Below are positions 39,590 to 47,804 of a stretch of DNA of 64,000 nt, in pieces. The stretch's first letter is position 1; every line of letters begins with the position of its first letter. This stretch comes from Planctomycetota bacterium (GTDB taxonomy: Bacteria > Planctomycetota > UBA1135 > UBA2386). The stretch covers positions 576,001 to 640,000 of the forward strand of contig OZ245006.1 in assembly GCA_965223545.1 (NCBI GenBank), read 5' to 3'. The notes beneath the pieces are model-generated. The model saw only the letters and a program-made list of their open reading frames with translations. It was not told where the DNA came from and did no database searches. The translations under genes and the position numbers were made by a program.

Positions 39590-39890
39590 CCCAACCATGA
39601 TCGCCCCACCCCCAACCAACCGAATACCGTGGAGGAACCTGGCGTGATGCCGCTCCTGCACTGCTGAAGACTCACCGCCCGATCCCGGCGACAGCGACCG
39701 GAGGCTTGGCCCTCGAGGCCGTTATCGAGAAAGCTGCGCCGGGTCGGACGGATCTCATCGTGCACCGGTCTCGGACGAGGCCATCAGAGTGCGTATGGAA
39801 GCCTGCGGAGTCCGAAGCTTGTCGCGCAGGGCGGCGCCAAGGCGCCCAGATTCTCAAGAAGAACAGATCCACAGACAAAGAGCTGTTGAC
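39590..39890 (+). ncRNA. Predicted bridge RNA/seekRNA of the IS1111-type element (ends approximate; core about 39679-39803)
   Basis: Target loop with guides ccggaggct (39698-39706) and tcgag (39725-39729); donor loop with guides atctcatc (39752-39759) and atggaag (39795-39801); each pair brackets an internal hairpin. Confidence 0.85.
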
Positions 39891-39891
39891 G
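39886..39891 (+). promoter_or_regulatory. -35 half of the circle-junction promoter
   Basis: TTGACG; in the predicted circle it sits 17 nt before GAAGAT, which forms across the junction. Confidence 0.65.
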
Positions 39892-39910
39892 GGATCGCCC
39901 CTCTCATGGA

Positions 39911-40001
39911 AGCCTCCGGGAGCTGCGTTGTCGAAGTTCCAGCGGCATCGAGCCTTCCGAAAGGTTGTCGCCGCGCGAAGATTTGCGGACCCTGAGGCTC
40001 A
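39911..40001 (+). repeat. Repeat copy R5, right half
   Basis: AGcctccgggagctgcgttgtcgaagttccagcggcatc...gaggctca continues exactly where the left half stopped (compare 35429-35519). Confidence 0.93.
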
Positions 40002-40233
40002 CGGTGCGTTTTGCGGATGCGGGGTGTGACATGCCCCGGGCAGTGCCGCGCCGCAGCGACCGCAACACCCAACACGGCAACTTCCCCATATCTCTCACCC
40101 CTCGGTGTTGCATTCCGGCGGTCACGACACTCTCAACGAGGCGATGGCGCTTGACCGCAACACCTAGCCGACCGCTGCGCCGCGCTTCGGCGGCCACTCG
40201 GCCATACTACGGCGCAGGCGAGACCCTCCGCGA

Positions 40234-40926
40234 ATGTCAGACATCCCAGACCCCTCCGCCGCGGTCACGCGTGCCCTCGATGACGGAGACGCCCGCGCTC
40301 TCGACGAGCTCGTGGTCGCGTTGCTGCCACGGCTGGAGGCCTACGTCCACCTGAAGATGGGACCAGGCCTCCGGCAGCGTGAGGGATCGGCGGACGTCGT
40401 GCAGTCGGTGTGCCGCGAGGCTCTCGAGGGCTTGCGCGATGGCCCGTTCGAGTTCCGCGGCAGAGCGGCCTTCTTGTCCTGGCTGTTCACCACCGCGCTC
40501 AACAAGATTCGCGAGCGCGACCGATTCAATCGCCGCCAGCGCCGGGCTGCCGCACGCGAGTTGCCGGCAACCGCGATCGGCTCGGCCGCCGGCCACTTGG
40601 TGTCGCCGAGCCGCAAGCTCATGGCCCAGGAGGAGCTCGCCCGGGTCGAGCACGTCTTCGGCACGCTGTCGGAACGCGACCAAGAGATCATCATCCTCGC
40701 CCGCGTCATGGGGCTGGCGCGGACCGAGATCGCCGAGCTGCTCGGCTGCACCGCCGCCGCGGCGCGCGTCAGACTGGGACGCGCCGTGGCGCGCTTGGGC
40801 GCGGCGCTCGCAAACGCCGAAGGCGACGCCCTGCCATCACGGGCGCCGGATCGATTGCGCGGCAGCATCGACGCCGGCGAGGACGACGACTCGTCCACCG
40901 GCGCTCGACCGGACTCCTCGCGGTGA
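40234..40926 (+). CDS. ECF sigma factor (kinase-associated type)
   Basis: LRQREGSADVVQSV, FEFRGRAAFLSWLF..ALNKIR, EIAELLG....ARVRLGRA. Confidence 0.85.
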   Translation: MSDIPDPSAAVTRALDDGDARALDELVVALLPRLEAYVHLKMGPGLRQREGSADVVQSVCREALEGLRDGPFEFRGRAAFLSWLFTTALNKIRERDRFNRRQRRAAARELPATAIGSAAGHLVSPSRKLMAQEELARVEHVFGTLSERDQEIIILARVMGLARTEIAELLGCTAAAARVRLGRAVARLGAALANAEGDALPSRAPDRLRGSIDAGEDDDSSTGARPDSSR

Positions 40927-40935
40927 CCCGCACCC

Positions 40936-43900
40936 TCACCGTCCGTTCGCGAAACGATCGGCGGCTCCCGCCTCCCACTTGTGCAGAAACGCCGGCCATC
41001 CCCACCGCTCGTGGAAACGCGCGTACAAGCGGCGACCATCCCGAGACCAGGCCAAATGGCTACTCGTGCCACCGCCGAGTTCCAACAACAACGTGCCCGT
41101 CGCAAAGTCCAGGATCTTGACCTTGCCGTCTGCACCCGAGGTCGCGACGCGTTGGCTGTCCGGCGCGACGGCCACGGAGTACACGCTCGTCGACAGTCGG
41201 GCGAGCTGACGCACGACTGTCAAATCCTCGGCGTCGCGCAGATACACACCACCCCCGGCATCTCCAGTGACGATCAGCGGCTCGTCCGGCACCGGCGCAA
41301 GGTCCGCCACGCGTTGATCGGTGCGCGCAGCGGCCTCGAGCTCCCCGTCGCCGACAGCAAACCGCAGCAGCTCACCATCATCGCGGCCACAGAAGACGCC
41401 CTTGCCGTCCGCTGAGAACTCCGAGAAGGCGGGTGGCGAGGAGCCCGCGTCGAACTCGTGTCGCCAGCGCACGTCGAGGGAGACCGCATCCAGCACCTGC
41501 ACCGACATGTCGTCCCAAGAGGAGATGGCGAGACTCAGCCCGTCCGGACTCACCGAGATCGCCGAGATCCTACCGGGCACCACCCGGCGCTCACCCTCGA
41601 TCGATGCATCGCGGACGCGGAAGCGGCGCAGGATCCCATCCCACCCGACGACGAACATCGCGTCGGTCGTGAGCGCGGCTCGCTCGCCGAGCATCTCGGG
41701 CGAGGACGCCTCATGGTGCATCACGATCGCACCGGTCCGCAGCTCGCGCACCGCGATGCTGCCGTCCATCTCCGAGTACGCGACGCGCCCCGACGCAACG
41801 TCGTAGCCGACGCCGCGACAGTCCCTGCCAAGCGAGTACGAGACCAGGTCTTGCGGCGGTTTCGCCGGCCACACTTTGACCGTGCCGCCGTGCGCCATGG
41901 TCGCGAGCCGCGATCGGTCGGGGGAGAGCGCGCAGCCGAAGACGCCGAGCGCGTGGCCGTCGTAGCTGCCCAGCGGCTCTCCGGTATCGAGCTTCCAAGC
42001 GGCCACCATCGCCTTGCCCCATCCGCCGACGGCATAGAGCACGCCGTCGCTCGAGTCGATCACCATTTCCCGCACGACCTCGGGCACGCGCAACGCGTAG
42101 CGCAGCGCACCGGTGTCGGCTTCTCGCACGACGATGCGCGGGTCCCCACCGGAGAGCACGAGGAGGTTTCGGCGCGGCGCCACCCGCAGCAGTTGAGGAG
42201 CCTGCAGCAGGAAAGGCACTTCACCTGGCTCGACGAGCGTGCGTTGCTGGCCGGTCGCGAGGTCGATGCGCGCGAGACGCCCCTCTTTGTCGCCCCAATA
42301 CAAACTGTTTCCATCGGGAGCGTACTCGATGAGCACGACCCAGCCGGGGACGGGATACTCCGTGGTCGGCGAACTGGAGTCACCGAGCGATTGGATCCGC
42401 AGCGGGGCGTCCACCGTTCCCCACGCGTAGTGGGTGCCGTCCGGCGAAACCGCGATCGGAAGGTAATCCAAGCCCGACGCCAGCCTCCTCACCTTCGTCT
42501 GCGCGCTGGTGTCGATCAGGTCGGCGTAGAGGTCCCCGCCCGTCCGCCCAATCGCGATCACCCGGTGACTCTCGGTGGTCGGGACGATCGCGTAGCCCTC
42601 GGAAGAGATCGGGATCTCGGTAGCCTCGCTGGACCCCACAGCCCAGCGAAGCGGAGACGCTTTCTCCGGCGCGACCAGGAGCTCGCTATCCGACAGCCAA
42701 TGCACCCGGCCCGCGCTCGAACAGACCCCGGTCAAGGAGAACAAGGCGTCGTCGACCTGGTGCAGGATCCAGTCGTGCTCCCAGCCCCGCAGCGCCGGAT
42801 CCGTCGCCGCCAGCTGCCGCTGCGCCTCGCCCGCCTGACCGGCATCCAGCGCGAGCTTTGCCGCTCGGATCGACGTGGTGTAGGTGCCCCAGTCCGCGCG
42901 GCGCCTCTCAGCGGCGACGTTCTTCTCCGCTTGCTCGACCCGTCGGGCACCCCACAGCAGGGCGGCCGCGCCCAGCAACAGGGCCAGTACCAAGCCGACG
43001 ACGGCGACGACCGTCGCCCGGTGGCGCCGCACGAGGCGGCTGAGCTCGTAGACCAGCGTCGGACGCCGCGCGGCGATGGGCTGAAACTCCAGCACTCGGC
43101 GGACATCGCTGGCGAACGCGGAGACGGTCGGATAACGACGTTCGGGATTGCGCTCCAGGGCACAGCGCACGACGACCTCGACGTCGCCGCGGAGGTGGCG
43201 GGCCAATCGGGCCGGCGTGCTGTTTCGCTTCGACGCCAGTGCCGGAGCATCGGACCGCTTGAGCAGCAGGCGGCTCGGCGGCTCGATCTCGCCCTCCAGG
43301 ATCCGGCGAAGCCCGGCCTGCAGCGGCAGCTCCCCGACGCTGCGACGATCCTGCGGCAAGTCGCCAGTCAGCAGCTCGTAGAGCACCAACCCCAGGGCGT
43401 ACACGTCCGTCCGCGTGTCCACCGCGCCACCTTCGAGCTGCTCGGGACTCGTGTACGTGGGGGTTCCGACGAATCCTCCGGCAACGGTCAGACTCTGCCC
43501 GCCCCGCGAAGCCAATGCCTTCGCCAAGCCAAAGTCGATGATCACGGGTCGCGGCCCCTCGAGGTCGTGGGCAACGAGGATGTTCGACGGCTTCAAGTCT
43601 CGATGGATGACACCGCGCTGGTGCGCATGCGCGACGCCGGCACACACGTCGACAAACAAGCGCAACCGGGCGTCGATGTCATAGCGATGCTGGTCACAGA
43701 ACCGCGTCAGCCAAGGGCCATCGATCAGCTCCATTGCCATGAAGGGCTGTCCGTTCGTCGCGATCCCCACGTCGAACACCGTGGCGATCGCGCGGTGCTG
43801 CATCTTGGCGAGCACCTGACCCTCGGCGGCGAAGCGCACCAGCGAGTCTCGGTCCTCACAATGCCAACGCAGCACCTTGATCGCGACCGCCCGATCGACC

Positions 43901-44238
43901 GGCGCGGTCTGCCGACCGCGATACACCGTGCCGAAGCCACCTCGCCCCACGACCTGCTCGACCTCGTAGTTGTCGATCTCCGGCAGTGCGGGCGCCAAGG
44001 GGACGGCGCGCAACAACTCTTGGCCGCGCGCCAACGACTCGAACAGGGCCCGAATCGCCGCGCCGTGGTCGGGCCACTGCCGGCACAAGGCGTCGACGTC
44101 GTCGGGCCCGGTTTCGCCGCCGACCCGGGACCACGCTTCATAGCACGCCTCTTCGACGGCAGGTGGCAAGGCCGGGGACCGCGCCTCCGTCGAACCATGC
44201 CGGCCAGCGGCTGAGGAGCTAGACGAGCGACCGACCAT
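40936..44238 (-). CDS. Ser/Thr kinase with TM segment and WD40 repeats
   Basis: VGRGGFGTVY, VAIKVL, HRDLKPSN, IDFG, GTPTYTSPEQ; LRGWEH linker; SPD/WD40 repeats; start uncertain. Confidence 0.92.
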   Translation of the reverse strand: MVGRSSSSSAAGRHGSTEARSPALPPAVEEACYEAWSRVGGETGPDDVDALCRQWPDHGAAIRALFESLARGQELLRAVPLAPALPEIDNYEVEQVVGRGGFGTVYRGRQTAPVDRAVAIKVLRWHCEDRDSLVRFAAEGQVLAKMQHRAIATVFDVGIATNGQPFMAMELIDGPWLTRFCDQHRYDIDARLRLFVDVCAGVAHAHQRGVIHRDLKPSNILVAHDLEGPRPVIIDFGLAKALASRGGQSLTVAGGFVGTPTYTSPEQLEGGAVDTRTDVYALGLVLYELLTGDLPQDRRSVGELPLQAGLRRILEGEIEPPSRLLLKRSDAPALASKRNSTPARLARHLRGDVEVVVRCALERNPERRYPTVSAFASDVRRVLEFQPIAARRPTLVYELSRLVRRHRATVVAVVGLVLALLLGAAALLWGARRVEQAEKNVAAERRRADWGTYTTSIRAAKLALDAGQAGEAQRQLAATDPALRGWEHDWILHQVDDALFSLTGVCSSAGRVHWLSDSELLVAPEKASPLRWAVGSSEATEIPISSEGYAIVPTTESHRVIAIGRTGGDLYADLIDTSAQTKVRRLASGLDYLPIAVSPDGTHYAWGTVDAPLRIQSLGDSSSPTTEYPVPGWVVLIEYAPDGNSLYWGDKEGRLARIDLATGQQRTLVEPGEVPFLLQAPQLLRVAPRRNLLVLSGGDPRIVVREADTGALRYALRVPEVVREMVIDSSDGVLYAVGGWGKAMVAAWKLDTGEPLGSYDGHALGVFGCALSPDRSRLATMAHGGTVKVWPAKPPQDLVSYSLGRDCRGVGYDVASGRVAYSEMDGSIAVRELRTGAIVMHHEASSPEMLGERAALTTDAMFVVGWDGILRRFRVRDASIEGERRVVPGRISAISVSPDGLSLAISSWDDMSVQVLDAVSLDVRWRHEFDAGSSPPAFSEFSADGKGVFCGRDDGELLRFAVGDGELEAAARTDQRVADLAPVPDEPLIVTGDAGGGVYLRDAEDLTVVRQLARLSTSVYSVAVAPDSQRVATSGADGKVKILDFATGTLLLELGGGTSSHLAWSRDGRRLYARFHERWGWPAFLHKWEAGAADRFANGR

Positions 44239-44343
44239 GGGGAGAATTGTGGCCGGACCGGCGGCGGTCCGAAAGGGCAGGCGGACACACGACGGCGGCC
44301 CCTGGGAGACGACAGTGGCAAACCCCGACGCCATAGTAGTCGC

Positions 44344-45774
44344 ATGCGCCCGCATCCCGACGAAGCCGAAGCGCTCCTGGACCTGGTCCGCGACGCCACG
44401 CGCGACTACCTCGCCTCTCTAAAGGCCCGCCCGGCGCGACCGCGCGGCGCTGGCGCCGCCGCCGAGTCGTTCGCCGGACCGCTACCCGAGGACGGAGTGG
44501 GCGCCGAGGCCGCCCTGCGGGAGCTGATCGCGCGCGGCCCGGATGCGGCCGTGCACAGCGCGGGTCCGCGCTACTTCCACTTCGTCATCGGGGGCAGCAC
44601 GCCCGCTGCCCACGCGGCAGACTGGTTTGCCTCGACTCTCGACCAACTGGCCTCGGCCTGGGTCAGCTCGCCCCTCGGCGTGCGCCTCGAGCAGATCAGC
44701 TTGGAATGGCTGAAGGACTTGTTCGGCCTGCCCGCATCGATGTTCGGAGTGATGACGACCGGCGCGATGATGGCGAACTACACCGGCCTCGCCGCCGCCC
44801 GGCAGTGGTGGGGTGAGCGGCAGGGCGTCGACACGGCCCAAGACGGCATCGCGCAGTTGCCGCCGATGCAGGTGCTGACCAGCGGGCACGTGCACGCGAC
44901 GATCGACAAGGCCCTGGCCATGCTGGGCGTCGGCCGCCGCCAGGTCCGGCGCTTCGCGCGCGACGCCGCCGGGCACCTCGACGAGGACGCACTGCGCGCG
45001 GCGCTGCAAGCGCTCGACGGGGCACCGGCCGTCTTGGTCGCGAACGCCGGCGAGGTCAACACCGGCGCCTTCGACCCGATCGAGACGATGGCCGCGCTGG
45101 CGCACGAGTTCGGTTGCTGGCTGCACGTCGACGGCGCCTTCGGCCTGTTCGCGCGCACCGCCCCCGAAACCGCCGCGCTGGCGCGGGGAGTCGAGCGCGC
45201 CGACTCGGTCACCGTGGATGGCCACAAGTGGCTCAACGTGCCGTACGACTGCGGCTTCGCCTTCGTCCGCGACCGCACGCTGCTCGCCAAGGTGTTCGCG
45301 CTGGTCGCCGACTACTTGCCGGACCCGGCCGATCCACGCCCGATGTACTCGAGCCTCGGCCCCGAGTCGTCGCGGCGGGCGCGAGCGCTGGCGGTGTGGG
45401 CAACCCTGCGCGCCTACGGACGCAGCGGCGTGCGCGCCATGGTCGAGGAGCACCTGCGCCTGGCGCGCCGGCTGGCAGCGCGCGTCGACGAGGCACCCGA
45501 CCTCGAGCGGCTGGCACCCGTGCCGCTCAACATCGTCTGCTTTCGCTACAACCCCGGTGGGTTGGACCCAGCGGCGCTCGATGCGGTCAACGAGCAGCTG
45601 GCGGAGGCCGTGCTCGCCGACGGCCGGGTCTACGTCGGCGCGACGCGGTTCGAGGGTGTGGTCGCCCTGCGTCCGGCGATCGTCAACTGGCGCACGGACG
45701 ACTCGCACATCGACGAGCTGGTCGACGTCGTGCGCACCCTGGGCGCGGCCTGCAACCAAGCGCCCGAAGATTGA
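44344..45774 (+). CDS. Group II PLP-dependent decarboxylase (aromatic amino acid/glutamate decarboxylase family)
   Basis: PRYFHFV.GG, AGEVNTGAFDP, WLHVDGAFG, DGHKWLNVPYDCG, LNIVCFR. Confidence 0.92.
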   Translation: MRPHPDEAEALLDLVRDATRDYLASLKARPARPRGAGAAAESFAGPLPEDGVGAEAALRELIARGPDAAVHSAGPRYFHFVIGGSTPAAHAADWFASTLDQLASAWVSSPLGVRLEQISLEWLKDLFGLPASMFGVMTTGAMMANYTGLAAARQWWGERQGVDTAQDGIAQLPPMQVLTSGHVHATIDKALAMLGVGRRQVRRFARDAAGHLDEDALRAALQALDGAPAVLVANAGEVNTGAFDPIETMAALAHEFGCWLHVDGAFGLFARTAPETAALARGVERADSVTVDGHKWLNVPYDCGFAFVRDRTLLAKVFALVADYLPDPADPRPMYSSLGPESSRRARALAVWATLRAYGRSGVRAMVEEHLRLARRLAARVDEAPDLERLAPVPLNIVCFRYNPGGLDPAALDAVNEQLAEAVLADGRVYVGATRFEGVVALRPAIVNWRTDDSHIDELVDVVRTLGAACNQAPED

Positions 45775-45815
45775 CGTCGGCACTCGAAGCCGTCGTTTCG
45801 TCCGCGGTGGTGATC

Positions 45816-47219
45816 CTACAGCGCCTGCATCAGCGCGGTGACCCCGTTGCTGAGGACGATCCCGAGCGGGTTCGCCGCACCATCCGCGACCGCGGCCTGC
45901 AGGTGTAGCGACACCCCTTGCAGCGCCGGCAGGTCGGGGATCGGCAGCGTCCATGTCCGCGTCACGCCCGCGCCGGACACCGCATCGGTGGCGTCCGGGC
46001 TGACCAGCAGCGCACACTGCGCCGCGCCGAGCGGGGCGAGCGACCAGGGCAAAGTCACACCACCTCCCGCCCACGCGGTATTCGACGCGCCGAACGCGAT
46101 GATCGCGGGCGCGCCCGCCGGCAGATTGCCGACTTCGAGGCCGAGGGTCTCACCGAGCCACGGCCGCAAGTTGTCCTCCAGCTGGAGCGACGGCGTGCCA
46201 GCCGAACCGGCGCACCCCGCGCCAAACGCGGTGACCTGCGCGGGGCTCGGGTTGTAGTACTCCCAAGTGTCCAGCGGCCCGAGAGGGCTGGAGCGCGTCA
46301 CCATCACCATGCGCTGCCGGCGCTCGTCGAACGCCATCCGCCCGTAGCTGCCCAGCGGTGGCGATACGGCCGGAGTCCGGTAGGACCACGTACCGTCGAA
46401 GTCGTCGGTCGTCGCCGGGTTGTAGCCACACGCGTAGCCGCAGGTGGCCCAGCCGCCAAACGCCACCATCTTGCGCCGCAGCTTGTCGTACGCCAGGGCA
46501 TGGCCGACGCGCTTGGCCCCCAACGCGGCCGGTCGCATCGCGGTTCCATCCCACTCGACCGTCCGGCCGACGACGAACGTGGTCTGCTGGCCGGTCCAGT
46601 AGTAGGGCACGCTGTACTGGCCTCCGTAGATGACGACCACCGCGCGGTCGGGGTCGAACGCCATGACTGCGCCATTGCCACCGCCACCTCCACCGGCCCA
46701 ACGCTGCACCCAGGTCGAGCCGGTCCACGCCCACAGATCGCCGGTGGACAGGTACAACCCGGCGGCGCTGTCCCAGTACTCACCACAGCCGAGCAGCACC
46801 TCGCGGCGCGCCCCGTCGTACACCAGGCTGTGCCCGGTGCGCTGGGGAGTCGGCTGCGCCGCGGGAGTGATCTTCGCCCAAGCCGTGCCGTCGAACTCCC
46901 ACACATCGGCGCCTTGGGTCCCGACGACGCGGTGACGGTGGTAGTCGTAGACCGCCAACTGCAGATTGGGCGGCACGACGCCACTCGCCGGCACCAAGGT
47001 CCACTGGACCCCATCGTAGCTCCAGACCTCGATGCCAGAGCCGCCGCCACCGACCCACCACACGGCCTGCGCGGTCGGAGACCACGCCATCACCGCGGGT
47101 GCGAGCCCGGGCGGCGCCGTCGCCAACTGGCGGTTGACCCAAGTCGACTGGGCCGCCGCGGGGATCGCAACGGCGCACAACACGGCAGACAACAACGGGC
47201 TCGGGCAAACCGATCGCAT
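45816..47219 (-). CDS. Secreted kelch-like repeat protein with shared C-terminal domain
   Basis: WEFDG/WEWDG, YD..R repeats; C-terminal FGAGCAG...NPLGIVLSNG. Confidence 0.8.
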   Translation of the reverse strand: MRSVCPSPLLSAVLCAVAIPAAAQSTWVNRQLATAPPGLAPAVMAWSPTAQAVWWVGGGGSGIEVWSYDGVQWTLVPASGVVPPNLQLAVYDYHRHRVVGTQGADVWEFDGTAWAKITPAAQPTPQRTGHSLVYDGARREVLLGCGEYWDSAAGLYLSTGDLWAWTGSTWVQRWAGGGGGGNGAVMAFDPDRAVVVIYGGQYSVPYYWTGQQTTFVVGRTVEWDGTAMRPAALGAKRVGHALAYDKLRRKMVAFGGWATCGYACGYNPATTDDFDGTWSYRTPAVSPPLGSYGRMAFDERRQRMVMVTRSSPLGPLDTWEYYNPSPAQVTAFGAGCAGSAGTPSLQLEDNLRPWLGETLGLEVGNLPAGAPAIIAFGASNTAWAGGGVTLPWSLAPLGAAQCALLVSPDATDAVSGAGVTRTWTLPIPDLPALQGVSLHLQAAVADGAANPLGIVLSNGVTALMQAL

Positions 47220-47350
47220 CACGCTCACTCCCAGGTTTCGGCTGCGGGCTCGGGCCGCATTCGGGGCGACTCTCGAGCCCCGGACTTGCAACTCATTAGA
47301 ACACATTCTCGACCGCTTTGACACCCCCGCGCGCGTGGACGTGTGGCACC

Positions 47351-47734
47351 TCACACCGATGCTGCGCCTCGGCCGCGGCGCAGCATGCCCAGCACCACGA
47401 ACACCACGAACGGCACGCTGGTCAACAACCCACTCGACAGTGGACGCAGGTCGCGCACGTAGTCGATCCAATGGATCGCCGCGATCAACGCGAAGTAGAA
47501 CGTGAGCACCACGTGCGCTGCGCCGCATCGGGCGGGGGCGCACGCGCACCAGCCGCTCAAGGCGCCGAGTGCCAGCGCACCCGCGCTCGCCTCTTGCACA
47601 ACGTGCAGCGCCTCTCCGTCGAAGCCCGCCGCGATCTCCGGCAGCACACCGAAGGGCAGCAGCGCACCGATGCCACCGATGCCGAGCATGCCGAGAGCGA
47701 ACAGGGCGTAGATGGTGCGGTGCAGCGTCCACAT
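47351..47734 (-). CDS. Small 4-TM membrane protein
   Basis: Four hydrophobic segments from MWTLHRTIYALF. Confidence 0.6.
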   Translation of the reverse strand: MWTLHRTIYALFALGMLGIGGIGALLPFGVLPEIAAGFDGEALHVVQEASAGALALGALSGWCACAPARCGAAHVVLTFYFALIAAIHWIDYVRDLRPLSSGLLTSVPFVVFVVLGMLRRGRGAASV

Positions 47735-47804
47735 CGTCCTGGCATCGTAGCCGCTCGCGCGGCGCGACTCCGTACAATCAGCACACCCCCCCGCCCCCCG
47801 GAGA

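Larger units (their letters stand above)
38435..39910 (+). mobile_element. IS110-family insertion sequence, IS1111 subgroup, 1476 bp
   Basis: Ends defined by comparison with empty sites R3/R4; AG core at both junctions (38435-36, 39911-12); sub-terminal IRs atgagagggtcgatccc (38442-38458) and gggatcgcccctctcat (39891-39907), 7 and 3 nt from the ends; long 3' non-coding end. Confidence 0.95.

Noticed and set aside
39698..39712. Self-targeting of the guide-encoding DNA
   Set aside because: It matches left target plus core, but is followed by TGG rather than CGA, so the right-target guide would not pair.
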